Assembly: GCF_006345805.1 (NCBI RefSeq)
Contig: NC_043022.1
Location: forward strand, 3,472,001-3,536,000
Length of the DNA stretch: 64,000 bases
Origin: Octopus sinensis
Lineage: Eukaryota
Direction of reading: 5' to 3'
The notes under the pieces are model-generated. The model did not search any database. It saw only the letters and a list, made by a program, of their open reading frames with translations, and was not told the origin of the DNA. The position numbers were made by a program, and so were the translations under genes. Positions 37,312 through 51,145 of the stretch are shown in pieces. How positions within the stretch are numbered: the stretch's first letter is position 1; each line of letters starts with the position of its first letter.

Positions 37312-37826
37312 CTCTTTTACTTGTTTCAGTCATTTGACTGCGGCCATGCTGGAGCACCGCCTTTAGTCGAGCAACTCGACCCCAGGACTTGTTCTTAGCA
37401 AGCCTTTCCCTTTGCTCTTTTACTTGTTTCAGTCATTTGACTGCGGCCATGCTGGAGCACCGCCTTTAGTCGAGCAACTCGACCCCAGGACTTATTCTTA
37501 GCAAGCCTTTCCCTTTGCTCTTTTACTTGTTTCAGTCACTTGACTGCGGCCATGCTGGAGCACCGCCTTTAGTCGAGCAACTCGACCCCAGGACTTATTC
37601 TTAGCAAGCCTTTCCCTTTGCTCTTTTACTTGTTTCAGTCATTTGACTGCGGCCATGCTGGAGCACCGCCTTTAGTCGAGCAACTCGACCCCAGGACTTA
37701 TTCTTAGCAAGCCTTTCCCTTTGCTCTTTTACTTGTTTCAGTCATTTGACTGCGGCCATGCTGGAGCACCGCCTATAGTCGAGCAACTCAACCCCGGGAC
37801 TTATTCTCTTGTAAGCCCAGTACTTA
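37312..37826 (-). repeat. Tandem array of a 103-bp SINE 3' segment (4 extra units ahead of a full SINE starting at 37724)
   Basis: ctcttttacttg recurs at 37312, 37415, 37518, 37621 and 37724. Confidence 0.92.
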
Positions 37827-38938
37827 TTCTATCGGTCTCTTTTGCCGAACCGCTAAGTGACGGGGACATAAACACACCAGCATCGGTTGTCGAGCAATGC
37901 TAGAGGGACAAACACAGACACACAAACGCATATATATATATATATATATATACATATATACGACGGGCTTCTTTCAGTTTCCGTCTACCAAATCCACTCA
38001 CAAGGCTTTGGTCGGCCCGAGGCTATAGTAGAAGACACTTGCCCAAGGTGCCACGCAGTGGGACTGAACCCAGAACCATGTGGTTGGTAAGCAAGCTACT
38101 TACCAGACAGCCACTCCTGCAACTCTTTACTTCACTTAAACATCTTTTTGTAAAATGGTTTGTCATAATTGCCATTACTCGAAACTGTAACATGTTCACA
38201 AGTATAAAATATTGCTACGTCTGAAACTTCTGTGATATAGGCATGGGAGTAGGTATGTGGTAAGTAGCCTGCTTACCAACCATATGGTTCCAGGTTCAGT
38301 CCCACTGCATGGTACCTTTGGCAAGTGGCTTCTACTATAGCCTCGAGCCAACCAAAGCCTTGTGAGTGAATTTGGTAGACGGAAACTGAAAGAAGCCCGT
38401 CATATATATACATAGGGGTGCCGGAGTGGCTGCATGTTAAGTAGCTTGCTTACCAACTACATGGTTCCAGGTTCAGTCCCACTGCGTGGCACCTTGGGAA
38501 AGTGTCTTCTACGATAGCCCTGGGCCGACCAAAGCCTTGTGAGTGGATTTGGTAGACGGAAACTGAAAGAAGCCTATCATATATATGTATATATATGTAC
38601 ATGTCGCTTGACAACCGATGGTGTGTTTACGTCCCAGTAACTTAGCGATTCGGCCAAAGATTCCTAGAATAAGTACTAGGCTTACAAAGAATAAGTCTTG
38701 GGGTCAATTTGTTTGTTTATAAGCAGGGGCCACAGTCAAATGACAAACAAACAAAAGAATAGGTGCAGGTGTGGCTGTGGGTTAAGAAGTTTGCTTCCCA
38801 ACCACATGATTCTGGGTTCAGTCCCACTGCGTGGCACCGTGGGTATTTATCTTCTACCATAGCCTCACACCAACCAAAGCCATGTGAGTGGATTTGGTAG
38901 ATGGAAACTAAAAGCAGCCCATTGTATGTATGTGTGTG

Positions 38939-38970
<32 letters not shown>

Positions 38971-39196
38971 ATATCTCGTTGCTATTACGTTAAACTGTTG
39001 TATGTCCAAATTTGCTAGCAATAGCCAGTTCTTTCGGTCGAACAATCCTATCTCCAGCTGCTTCAGATGCCAAGATATCAAAAATTGTTAAAAATAGTAC
39101 AATGGTTTTTCTATGGAATGGTGAAACTATTTTTTTATTTTCTGAAAAAGCAACGCTTTGGACTTGCGACACTTTTGCATAATAGTAATGAGATAT

Positions 39197-39233
<37 letters not shown>

Positions 39234-39588
39234 AATATATTGCCAGCGCCACCCCGACTGCCTCCATTGCCAGTGGCACATAAAAAGCACCATCCGATCA
39301 TGTCCATTTGCCAGCCTCACCTGGCCTCCGTGCCGGTGGCACATAAAAAGCACCATCTGATCGTGTCCGTTTGCCAGCCTCCCCTGGCACCTGTGCCAGT
39401 GGCAAGTAAAAAGCACCCACTACACTCATGGAGTGGTTGACGTTACGAAGGGCATCCAGCCGTAGAAGCATTGCCAGATCAGACTGGGCCTGGTGCAGCC
39501 TTTTGGCTTCCCAGACCCCAGTTGAACCATCCAACCCATGCCAGCATGGAAAGCGGACGCTAAACGATGATGATGATGATGATGATGA

Positions 39589-39641
<53 letters not shown>

Positions 39642-39965
39642 ATCATCATTGTTAACGCCCGCCTTCCATGCTGGCATGGGTTGGTCGGATTGACAGGAAC
39701 TGGGAAGCAGGATGGCTGCACCAGGCTTCTGTGTCTGTCTTGGCATGGTCTTCACTGCTGGGTGCCCTTCCAAATGCCAACCACTTCACAGTGTGGACTG
39801 GATACTTTTTACATGGCACCAGCACCGTCCGGGTCACAAAGCAACTATGATTATCTCCCACTCCCCATCCCTGCATTGCTGCTTTCGCCACCCCTTCTTC
39901 ATACCCAGGTTCTCACCAATCACTGCACCCCCCCCCACATTGACTGACAACTGGTGCTGGTGTGT

Positions 39966-40490
39966 CTAACACTCATCATCATCATTGTTCGACCGTGGTC
40001 GAGACAATGGAATTTACCATGCTACGCCAGACTTCACGGTCCATCATGGCATTATGGAGGTCCTGTTGCTGGATGCCTGTATCCCTGGAGATTACATCAG
40101 GGTGGGAGAGTGTGCGCCCTTTGGTATTGCGAGCAGATGGCTTCCAGAGGAGAAGAGTAGAAATTACTTCTTTTTCAGCTCTACAACAATCTCCAGCAAA
40201 CTGGACTCTCCTACCTTTCACAAGAGATGACACAGGTGGTAGTTTCCCATATATTTGTATTTTGGTTGGATGGCGCTTCCACGAGAGATTTTGAGCTCTC
40301 ATAAGGAGGCGAGTGTAGGTTCCATCCAACCGCCTCTCAAGCTTCTTTGATAACATCCAGGTTTCTGAGCCATGTAGTAGAATTGGTTCGACTGTGGCTT
40401 TGAAGATTTCAAGTTTGAAGTCTCTACTTAAATTTGATGACCAGATCTTATGCATGTCATTACAGGCTGACCAGGCTAACACTAGTTCTT
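39966..40490 (-). mobile_element. RTE-clade LINE 3' fragment, same family as 7890-8152
   Basis: KLEIFKATVEPILLHGSETWMLSKKLERRLDGTYTRLLMRAQNLSW...DREVWR. Confidence 0.9.
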
Positions 40491-42159
40491 TAGGGGCTAG
40501 GTACAAAACCATAATTTGCGCAGGAACCAATCAGTTGACTGGACGTTTGTAGTTTATTGGTCCTAACTTTATTGATCACTGCTGGGATGAAATGCAGAGC
40601 CAGTGACGACCCTGGACAGATTTAACATTGGAGAGTAAGAGAAATGGAAAATAGGATTGGTAGTGGTAGTGATGGGTGGGGGGGGATGCACAGATTCTAA
40701 TCTTTTTACAAGTGAATAAACACAAGGTCTAACTGCAGTTTGGTAACAAGGACCACAAGAAGGGGTTTGAAGTGTTTTATGTATTGAAATATTTATTGTT
40801 AAGTATTCAGTTGTCACTGTTAATTTGAAATTGGGAAAACGAATGGTAATAGATATTGTATTATAGATTTGGGATAAGTATCAGAAGAGTGAGAGAGAGA
40901 GCAAAAGTATGAAATACAGACAGTAAGAGTGTGTGAGAGAGAGAGAGAGAGAGAGTGGAGGGCACGTGTGTACTTTGACCATATGTTACACAGCAAACAT
41001 GAAACAGTTATTTCAATGGCCCAGCAAATCAAAATGACCATAGAGATATGGACATATGTAAGCATTATGCACTAAACTTTATTACAGGCAAGATAGCTTT
41101 TTCAATTTTCTTTTTCTTTTTTTTTTTCAATAAGACAGCGAAAGGAAGAAAATAACAAAAAAAAAAGAAAAGAAAAAAACACAACAACAAAGTTTGTTGA
41201 TATTTTTTTACATAAACCTATTTTAAGCTCAAAATTAAACGCACAACAGCTGATGTTTTAAATCATCATCATCATCATCATCATCCAATGTCAGTCTTCT
41301 ATATTACGCAAGTTGCACAGTGCGAAGGGACCCAATGAGTCAGAGAACTTCACTGTGCTGCAATGTTTTGAATGTTTTCTACAGCTGGATGCCCTTCCTA
41401 GTGCCAACAACTTTAGAGAGTGCACTGGGCACATATTTCATGGCACCAGCACCTGTGGGGTCACTTGAAAACTTGCAGGACTAAAGATTCACCTTCACTG
41501 ACTGAAAAAATATATAGGGCAGGAGTGGCTGTGTGGTAAGAAGCTTGCTTCCCAACCACATGGTTCCGGGTTCAGTCCCACTGTATGGCACCTTGAACTA
41601 GTTTCTTCTACCATAGCCTCAGGCAGACTAAAGCCTTTGTGAGTGGATTTGGTAGACAGAAACTGAAAGAAGCTTGTTATGTGTGTATGTTCAGAGGCGA
41701 GGTGGCTGAGTTCCTTTTGAGCATTGGGCCTCATGGGAGAAATGACCAAGACCTTTGGCATTATGTTTTGCTTGAGAAGAAAACCCCTCAAGCCAAGCAA
41801 AATCGCAGTCATGGCAGATACAAATGTCATGCAAATTGGCACCTGCACCGGTGGAATGTAAACGCACCCACTACACTCTCAGAGTGGTTGGCGTTAGGAG
41901 GGGCATCCAGCCTTAGAAAACCATGCCAAATCAGACTGGAGCCTGACGCAGATTCCAGCGTGTCAGTCTGGTCAAACCGTCCAACCCATGCCAGCATGGA
42001 CAATGGATGTTAAATGATGATGATGATGGTGATGATTTGTGTGTCCCCTTTTGTGTCTGTGTTTGTCCCCCACCCACCACTTGACAACTGGTGCTGATAT
42101 GCTTATGTCCCCGTAACTTAGGTGTTTGGCAAAAAGAGATGCAAGAATAAGTATCAGGT

Positions 42160-42776
42160 CCTGGGTTTAATTCAGGTTCCAGAAATTCCGAGCCAGAAAC
42201 TACAGCCAAGAAGACGAGCCTCGTCCTTGAAGATCTCTAGATCTTGACATGGATGTCCTGCAAACCCTGGTGGAACAAAATCCCATCGTAACTGTTGAGG
42301 AACTAGAAGAGAAGCTTGGATTTGGTCATTCAACCATTGATCAACACCTGCACTAGAAGGAAAATTACCATCTTTGGTTTCAAGACCAAAGATGTTCTTC
42401 CATTAGGATAACGCTAGGCCACATACAGAGTGGATGACATTCCAAGGGCTGAAGCAGTTTGAATGGGAAATGATGCCCCACCCACCATATTTGCCAGGCA
42501 TTGCCCCATCTGATTATCATTTATTCCATAGTCTTCAAAATCATTTGGATGAAAAAAATATGAATTCTGTAGACGAGGTCAGAACAGTAGTGGAGAATTT
42601 TTCGTCACAGACAAGTCAACTTTGGAAGAGGGGCCTTGCAAATCTACCAGATAGATGGAAGAGCATTTTAGAAAATGAAGGAGAGTATATTTTAGATTAA
42701 AAAAGAACTTTGTTTATCTTAATTTTGAAAAATGAAAGAAGTATAAAAAAAACTGCATTATTTATGGGATGACTCA
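42160..42776 (+). mobile_element. Internally deleted mariner (Tc1/mariner) transposase remnant
   Basis: PHPPYLPGIAPSDYHLFHSLQNHL..LPDRWKSILENEGEYI corresponds to the mariner YSPDLAPSDYHLF motif. Upstream are a broken FH*DNARPH and an HTH-like VEELEEKLGFGHSTIDQHL; most of the catalytic domain is missing. Confidence 0.9.
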
Positions 42777-44100
42777 AAAGGATGAAAGGCAAAGTCAACC
42801 CTGGCAGAATTTGAACTCAGAACATAAAGATGGACAAAATGCCTGTAAGAGTTTTTGTTCATTGTGCAAACAATTCTGCCAGCTCCCTGCCTTGGAGGCT
42901 ATGGAGATGGGTTCTAAATTTTGGGACACGGCCAGCAGGTTTGGGGGAGGGTGGGGCAAAGCCGATTTCATCAACCCATGCTCAGCTGGTACTTTTCTGA
43001 CCCTGAAAGTATGAAAGGCAAAGTGGCCCATGGCAGTATTTGAAGCCAGAATGTAAAGAAGGATGAGCATTTGTACCTCATGTGCCAACAATTCTGCCAG
43101 CTCACTGTCTTAGAGGCTATGGAGATTAACCAACCAACATGTGGTCTACTCCTAGGTCACTTGTTAGTTGGATTTACAAGTAACCCCTCGACTATCACGA
43201 GTGTTAAGTTCCAAAACTCCCCACAATAGGGGAAGTAGAAACTACTCTTTTACTCTTTTACTTGTTTCAGTCATTTGACTGCGGCCATGCTGGAGCACTG
43301 CCTTTAGTCGAGCAACTCGACCCTGGGACTTATTCTTTGTAAGCCCAGTACTTATTCTATTGGTCTCTTTTGCTGAACCGCTAAGTGACGGGGACGTAAA
43401 CACACCAGCATCGGTTGTCAAGCAATGCTAGGGGGACAAACACAGACACACAAACACACACACACATATATATACATATATACGATGGGCTTCTTTCAGT
43501 TTCCGTCATCCAAATCCACTCACAAGGCTTTGGTCGGCCCGAGGCTATAGTAGAAGACATCTGCCCATGGTGCCACACAATGGGACTGAACCCGGAACCA
43601 TGTGGTTGGTAAGCAAGCTACTTACCACACAGCCACTCCTGCGCCTACCGTATATACTTTTTAAAATTATTTTTATAATTTGTATATATTTATTTTATAA
43701 TAAATGCAAAACACCACTGCGGAGGAATCGACGTCGGCTTAAATAATAAACCGTGATAAGTGAAGCGCGATATGGCGAGGGATTATTGTACTTGTAAACT
43801 CTGACAATTCTTTCCTCACGTATTCTAACCACACGACTGTAATACCAGAGCTCAAAAAAAAAAAAAAAGCGATTAAAGGACACTGGCTCAAATAGGGATA
43901 GAACCCAGTATCTGACTGACTGTATGAGACTATGCTTGGTTATCAATTATGCAACACTGCTAATTCTATTTTGGTTTTAATTATCGCGGAATGTAATTGA
44001 AAGCGAACACAGTTACCTCCCCTGAACTTGCTAGCTAATTCCACGTCTTGAGAATAACGACGGTCAAGTTGCTCATACGGGAGATTTTTACCTGTATCTC

Positions 44101-44255
44101 CACTAGCGTAGCTTGGGGGTGGGGTCTGCCCCGGGACGGCGGACTCTGAGGTCTGCTGTAGGCAATATGTGTTTTTTTTAGTTTTTTATAGGGTCCGGGG
44201 GGCAGCAAACGGAAGGGCCGCCCCCGGGCGTTATCACGCTCTAGCTACGCTCGTG
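44101..44255. mobile_element. Small GC-rich MITE-like element
   Basis: Terminal inverted repeat cactagcgtagct / agctacgctcgtg (12 of 13 matching). Confidence 0.55.
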
Positions 44256-44507
44256 CCAGTTTTTCATACCCCGCTTAGAAACGATCACCCATTCTATTTC
44301 GCACTATGAAAACATCGCCTGTTTTCAGTTTGAACAGGCGCAGGAGTGGCTGTGTGGTAAGTAGCTTGCTAACCAACCACATGGTTCCGGGTTCAGTCCC
44401 ACTGCGTGGGACCTTGGGCAAGTGTCTTCTGCTATAGCCCCGGGCCGACCAATGCCTTGTGAGTGGATCTGGTAGACAGAAACTGAAAGAAGCCTGTCGT
44501 ATATATG

Positions 44508-44538
<31 letters not shown>

Positions 44539-45221
44539 GTGTTTGTCCCCCCAGCATTGCTTGACAACCGATGCTGGTGTGTTTACGTCCCCGTCACTTA
44601 GCGGTTCGGCAAAAGAAACCGATAGAATGAGTACTGGGCTTACAAAAGAATAAGTCCCAGGGTCGATTTGCTCGACTAAAGGCGGTGCTCCAGCATGGCC
44701 GCAGTCAAATGACTGAAACAAGTAAAAGAGTGTTGTTTAGCCTCAAGACAGAATTATGATCAAAACCAACCCAGCCATGCCCATCCAACTGACTTTCAGA
44801 CATTAAATCTAATAAGACTAGCATTAAATTAATGTGCCCTTCCTTTTTGTTCTCAAACCTTGTCTGTCCTAAACTTATGAAACCCGTGCCCGTTTACTTG
44901 ATTGCGCCCACGCTGTAGCACCACCAGGACTTATTCTTTTGTAAGCCTAGTACTTATTCTGTCGGTCTCTTTTGCCGAACCGCTATGTTACGGGGACGTA
45001 AACACACCGACATCGGTTGTCAAGCGATGGTTTGGGTCAAACACCGACACACACACACACACATCTACGACGGGCTTCTTTCAGTTTCCACCTACCAAAT
45101 TCACTCACAAGGCTTTGGTTGGCCATACAGCTATATTACTTGTATGTCTTGAGTGACATAAACCTTTCCTTTCATAAGGTCCAAGTCACTCAGATGGTTA
45201 GAAAAAAAGGGTGTATCATAT

Positions 45222-45737
45222 ACTAGCAGTATCGCCCGGCGTTGCTCGGGTTTGTAAGGGAAATAACTATATAAGCATTTTTAGAGAGTTACTTCCCTTA
45301 TAGATGCCAATTCGGGCTTTCTTAGCCATTTCTGTTTTGGTGTCTTCAAGCCATGAAGTCGTTGTTCTAAAAGAACGCTGGTCTCCTTGACAACGCTTTA
45401 CGACGTTGATTTCCTTACACTCCCTTCCCCACAGCTTCACGAGGGAGGGAAGAAGGGGGAGAAGCAACACAGGTGCAGGTGTGACCATGGACGCCAACTC
45501 CGCCGCCATCGACACACGAAAAATTATGCATTAAAATGGAATAAAAAATGATGTTAAATTATTTTTAAAATCGTAGACTCATCGTAGACGCGCGCTAATA
45601 CCCAGACGGGCTCGATATGAATCACGACTATAAGATACCCGAATTTGGTTAAACTGCACCGCAAAATGTGGGAGTAGTTAGGAATCTAAATCGAAGGGGA
45701 CAGACACTCACACAACTAGAGTTTTATATATATAGAT
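45222..45737 (-). mobile_element. Helitron/Helentron-like non-autonomous element
   Basis: actagcagtatcgcccggcgttgctcggg at the left end and ttttatatatataga at the right end; shares its terminus with 3510-3570. Confidence 0.65.
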
Positions 45738-45759
45738 GACGCATGGACACCAGGGAAAT

Positions 45760-47100
45760 AAGTTGTGTATCAAATGACAAGTAAATCGCCGTATTTACAG
45801 TTGCATCGCAATAAATTTCACAAACTCCAGCTGGGTTTGAACCCGGTTTCTCTTGTTTTGCAAAGTAAGCAGCACACATGTGTTGATCGTCAGATCAAGT
45901 TGTTTACAACCAAACGAGTTTACTTTGTATTGCTGACAATACGGTTTACACAACGCACACTACACACACATATATACACTCGCATCTACATTGTAACTAA
46001 CGAAACTTTTCTGTAATAACGTACCCGCCGCCACCCCACCCCGACAACGAACCACCACCGCGCCCGCGCGCGCGCGACCCTGCCATCACTTTGAAATCGA
46101 TTGTCATGTGTCTTGGCTTTGACGTCATTGGGTGGAGGAGGGTGGTGGTGATGGGGGGGGGGCAGCGGTGAAGGTGAAGGTGATGGTGGCAGCGGGGAGA
46201 AAACGGTGGTGGGGGGTTGGGGTTGGGAGGGTGAGAAGAGAGCTGTGGTGGTGGGGGGGACGGTGGTGGTGGTGAAGGTGATGGTGGCAGCGGGGAGAAA
46301 ACGGTGGTGGGGATTGGGGTTGGGAGGGTGAGAAGAGATCTGTGGCTGATGACATCAAAAAAAAACTAACAAAAACAAAAAAAACCGACGACTACCACGA
46401 CGACGACGGCTACCACACACGCACGCATACATACACACTCTTACATGCACACACACACACACACACACACATTGGCCAGCTTCGCCAGTCTCCAATCACA
46501 CAGCTGACATGTGTTGCTTGTGTGTACACCCTCCTCCTCCTCCTCCCGTTGTTGCTGCTACTGCTCCGCCTCCGCCACCACCACCACCACCGCCTCCGCC
46601 GCCGCCGCCACACACACACACACACACACATTGGCCAGCTTCGCCAGTCTCCAATCACACAGCTGACATGTGTTGCTTGTGTGTACACCCTCCTCCTCCT
46701 CCTCCCGTTGTTGCTGCTACTGCTCCGCCTCCGCCACCACCACCACCACCACCACCGCCTCCGCCGCCGCCGCCACACACACACACACACCAGATCAATG
46801 CTTCTTGACGTCATCACGCCATCATCAATTGTTGTGTGAGTGGGCAAATAGAGCTGCGATTTGATGTACGGTCCCAACAGTATTTCCATCATTGTCAACG
46901 CCGCCGCCGCCACCACCACCACCACCACCACCACCACACGTCATCATCTATCATCCATCATCATAATCATCATCATCATCATCATCGCCATTACCATCGC
47001 CGTCGCCACCCCCCCCCCACCACCAATCGTCCATAACTGACAAAACCATCTCCGTTTTAATGACGACCCATCATCATACAACTTTTTCTTCTGTTTATCA
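45760..47100. promoter_or_regulatory. CpG-rich intronic island with two perfect CRE palindromes; candidate internal promoter or enhancer
   Basis: TGACGTCA at 46120-46127 (overlapping ATTGG, a reverse CCAAT box) and at 46806-46813; a cgcgcgcgcgcg run near 46066; CCAAT and E-box motifs in a 159-bp duplication. Confidence 0.35.
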
Positions 47101-48179
47101 ACATCGTTAGACACTGACTTGTCACTGTGTGTGTGCGTGCGTATGGTAGAGAAGAGCGAAGGTTCGGTCCCTGCCAAGTCAGAACTATTTGGAACTGCCA
47201 CAACAATCACCATCACCTTCGCTACAAGCATCATCATCATCATTACCCCTGCCTCGCCACCACCATCATCTTACTTTTTTACTTGTTTCAGTCAAAAAGC
47301 ACCGCCTTTAGTCGAGCAAATCGACCCCGGGACTTATAAAGCCCAGTACTTATTCTATCGGTCTCTTTTGCCGAACCGCTAAGTTACGGGGACGTAAACA
47401 CACCAAGCAATGCTAGAGGGACAAACACAGACACACAAACATATACACACACATACACATATATATACATATATGACAGGCTTCTTTCAGTTTCCGTTTA
47501 CCAAATCCACTCACAAGGCTTTGGTCAGCCCGAGGCTATAGCAGAAGACACTTGCCCAAGATGCCACGCAGTGGGACTGAACCCGGAACCATGTGGTTGG
47601 TTAGCAAGCTACTTACCACACAGCCACTCCAACAAAATATATACCGAAAACTGTGGTGTGGAATCTTTTCTATGCACGACCAAAGCAACAAGTGCGGTGT
47701 TTAAGTGAAAAATAACTCGACCGAACGTATTTGCTGCTCGACTGATTGTAATTAGGCAATTAGAGTGGTAAGTGCCACTGATTTCAATGTAAGGAGAAAA
47801 ACGGAAGTGGTGGCATTCATTCCTTTCCCTGAACGTTAGTTACACGAGTAAAGTGACTGCAACCATGCTTCCTTGTCACTGCCACTACGACGACGACCAC
47901 CACCACCACCAACAACAAAGAGTTTTACGTCTACATTTCCCTGCCAGCATGGGTCCACTGGTGATTATGCAGCTGCAGGGTTTTATGATCAGATGCCCCT
48001 CCTGTTGTCAATTGCTTTAGTTGACTGTGATAACAAACCGGGGCACAGTGTACTAGTGATGGCAGATACTGATGTCATGTATAAGAACCTAACACACACG
48101 TAAAAATATACAACATAACACACCTAACATCAATACAGCAGCTGAAATGAAATGAAATATGGGGGTTTTAGAGAAGACT

Positions 48180-48712
48180 TTTACGGATTCCATGGACAGC
48201 GAGGCTCACCAATGGAGAAGTTCTTAAGCAGATCAGGCCGAAAATGTCGCTAGAAGCTAGGATCACCAAGCATAGATTGGTATATTTCGGTCATATTATG
48301 CAGAGAAAATCCCTGGAGAAGGACATCATGCTCGGAATGGTCAGTGGCAAGAGAGGAAGAGGCCGACCAAGAACCCGCTGGCTTGACACCATCAAGAGTG
48401 ATACCGGAATGGACATAGCCAATCTGAAAGAAGCGGCCCAGGATAGAACTGATTGGAGGACTCTGATCCATCGAGTGACTGAGAGTCGACTTTGACTGAG
48501 CGGATAGATATATATATATATACGGAATGGTCAGTGGCAAGAGAGGAAGAGGCCGACCAAGAACCCGCTGGCTTGACACCATCAAGAGTGATACCGGAAT
48601 GGACATAGCCAATCTGAAAGAAGCGGCCCAGGATAGAACTGATTGGAGGACTCTGATCCATCGAGTGACCGAGAGTCGACTTTGACTGAGCGGATAGATA
48701 GATAGATAGAGG
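48180..48712 (+). mobile_element. RTE (BovB-like) LINE 3' fragment with the last 180 bp or so duplicated in tandem
   Basis: RITKHRLVYFGHIMQRKSLEKDIMLGMVSGKRGRGRPRTRWLDTIK; ggaatggtcagtggcaag occurs near 48333 and again near 48524. Confidence 0.88.
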
Positions 48713-49029
48713 TAAACACAGAAAAAAACAAACAAAACCCATCACACGGAATTGTTGCTGATTTTAAGGATTGGTGAGTGGTCAGAAAATGTTTGGTAAA
48801 TAGAGGAGACTGCTAAAGCCAGTCCATGCCATGGTTTGGATGTGGAAGAGAAAAGGAAGGGTGAAGCCTACTAACCATAACTGTAGCTACAATCTAACTC
48901 TAGAATGAATGAGAAATAGTTGAGCAAATGCCAAGGAAACGGCAGCAGTTTTTGGCAACAGTTTTCGACATTCTAACACGTGTTTTTCACTGCTGGTATG
49001 GCGCTAGCTGGATTGGTAAGGCATCCTTC

Positions 49030-49680
49030 AAGTTGAGAGAGAGAGGTAGGGGTGTGTGTATGTGTGTGTGTGAATATGTGAGTGAATGTGTGTGTGAGTG
49101 AGCATGTGTGTGTGTGTGTAAGTGAGCGAGTGTGTGTGTATGAGTGAGCGAGTGTGTGTAGAGTGAGCGAGAGTGTGTGTGAATATGTGAGTGAATGTGT
49201 GTGAGTGAGTGTGTGAATGAGCATGTGTGTGTGTATGAATGAGTGTGTGTGTGTGTGAGAGTGAGAATGAGCGTGTGTGTGTGTGAGAGTGAGAATGAGC
49301 GTGTGTGTGTGTGAATGAGCATGTGTGTGTGTGCGCATGTATGAGTGAGTGTGTGAGTGAGCGAATGTGTGTGACTGAGTGAATGTGTGTGTAGAGTGAA
49401 CGAGAGTGTGTGTGAGTGAGCGAATGTAAGTGAGTGAGCAAGTGTGTGTGTGTGTGTGTGTGTGTGAGCGAATGCGTGTGAGTGAGTGAATGTGTGTGAG
49501 AGTGAACAAGTGTGTGTGTGTACGTGTGAGTGAGCAAGTATGTGTGTATGAGTGAGAGAGCGAATGTGAGTGAGTGAATGTGTGTGTGTGAGCAAATATG
49601 TATGTGTGAGCGAGCGAGAGTGTGTGTGTGAGCGAGTGTGAGTGAGTGAGTGAGCGAATGTGTGTGTGCGTAAGTAAGTG
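49030..49680. repeat. (GT/GA)n compound microsatellite
   Basis: Directly visible. Confidence 0.95.
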
Positions 49681-50063
49681 AACAAACAGAGATGTTGGTG
49701 GAAGAGGAGGAGGAGGAGGGTGCACAAATCTATGTAATAATAATAATAATAATAATAACAACAATGAATTTATTACTATACAACCACAGCAAAAATCAAA
49801 ATATCTATTGCACGTCCACAGATTCAAACCAGAGCAAAGGATGAACATGGAGGCAATAAACAACCAAAAATAACCGGAAAAATATCTCCATAGATCTGAG
49901 GGGACCTTTAGGAGCTAAAGCTTAGATATCTAGTTCCACAGCAGAAGCGGATGATAGATAAAATCTCAACCTGGATAGGCTATCAGTCTACTTCAGATCA
50001 CATTTCCTGCCCTCGACAACCAGAACTGAAGTACAGGAAATGAAGTACATAAACAGAGAGCAG

Positions 50064-50099
<36 letters not shown>

Positions 50100-50593
50100 C
50101 CTGTGTCTGTATTTGTCCCCCAACACCACTTGAAAATTGTTGAGTCACATCCCATTAACTTAGTGGTTCGACAAAAGAGACTGATTGAAAAAGTACCAGG
50201 TTGAAAAAAAAAAATAAAGTACTAAATAAAGTAATAAAAAATAGGCGCAGGAGTGGCTGTGTGGTAAATAGCTTGCATACCAACCACAAGGTTCCAGGTT
50301 CAGTCCCACTGCGTGGCATCTCGGGCAAGTGTCTTCTGCTATAGTAAAAGAGTACCGAGATTGATTCGTTAAGATTAAAATTCTTCAAGGCAGTGCCCCA
50401 GCATGGCCACAAACTAATGACCGAAACAAGTGAAAGGAGGCATAACAAGACAACCGTCCTGCTTCTGGAGAATGAAGTTTCCAAGGGGAAGAGAGATCGC
50501 TGGACCTAGCAGAGCAAGCTTAAGAAACACCCGTCAGTTTTACAGTGGTGCCACCGTTTTAAAGGAGTGGACCATACGCTGCTGAGGTACCTG

Positions 50594-51107
50594 CTTAGAA
50601 GTACCTTTTCAAACTCCACCCGTCTAACACCCGTGGACATGTTTACAAAATCAGGAAACAGCACAGCTCCCATGACTTTAGGAAACATTTTTTCACGCTG
50701 AGAGTTGCTGAAGCATGAAACAAACTGCTGGCATCAGTTGTTGGTTGTCAGAGCACTGCATCCTTCAAAACTTCCATGCTTCCTGAGTCCGTTTGTCTAA
50801 CACCCGTGGACATGTTTATAAAGTCAGAAAACAGCACAGCTCCCATGACTTCAGGAAACATTTTTTTACGCTGAGAGTTGCTGAAGCATGGAACAAACTG
50901 CTGGCATCGGTTGTTAGTTGTCGGAGCACTGCATCCTTCAAAACTTCCATGCTTCCTGAGATTCGCCAACACTACACCTGATTTTCTCTCCTCCATACAC
51001 ACACAAGCATGTATCTGACTCGTACACTGTTCGCTTTCCAGACATTTGTATATTACTGCATATACTCTGACAAGTTGTGGTGCACCTGAGCACTGTATAC
51101 AATAATT

Positions 51108-51143
<36 letters not shown>
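50594..51143 (+). mobile_element. CR1/L2-type LINE 3' end, same family as 1705-2745, with a duplicated tail segment and (TTA)n end
   Basis: ORF 50793 SNTRGHVYKVRKQHSSHDFRKHFFTLRVAEAWNKLL; near-identical to the reverse complement of 1705-2745. Confidence 0.85.

Positions 51144-51145
<2 letters not shown>

Noticed and set aside
42434-42700. Active mariner transposase
   Set aside because: Large internal deletion and a stop codon within the FHxDNARPH motif.
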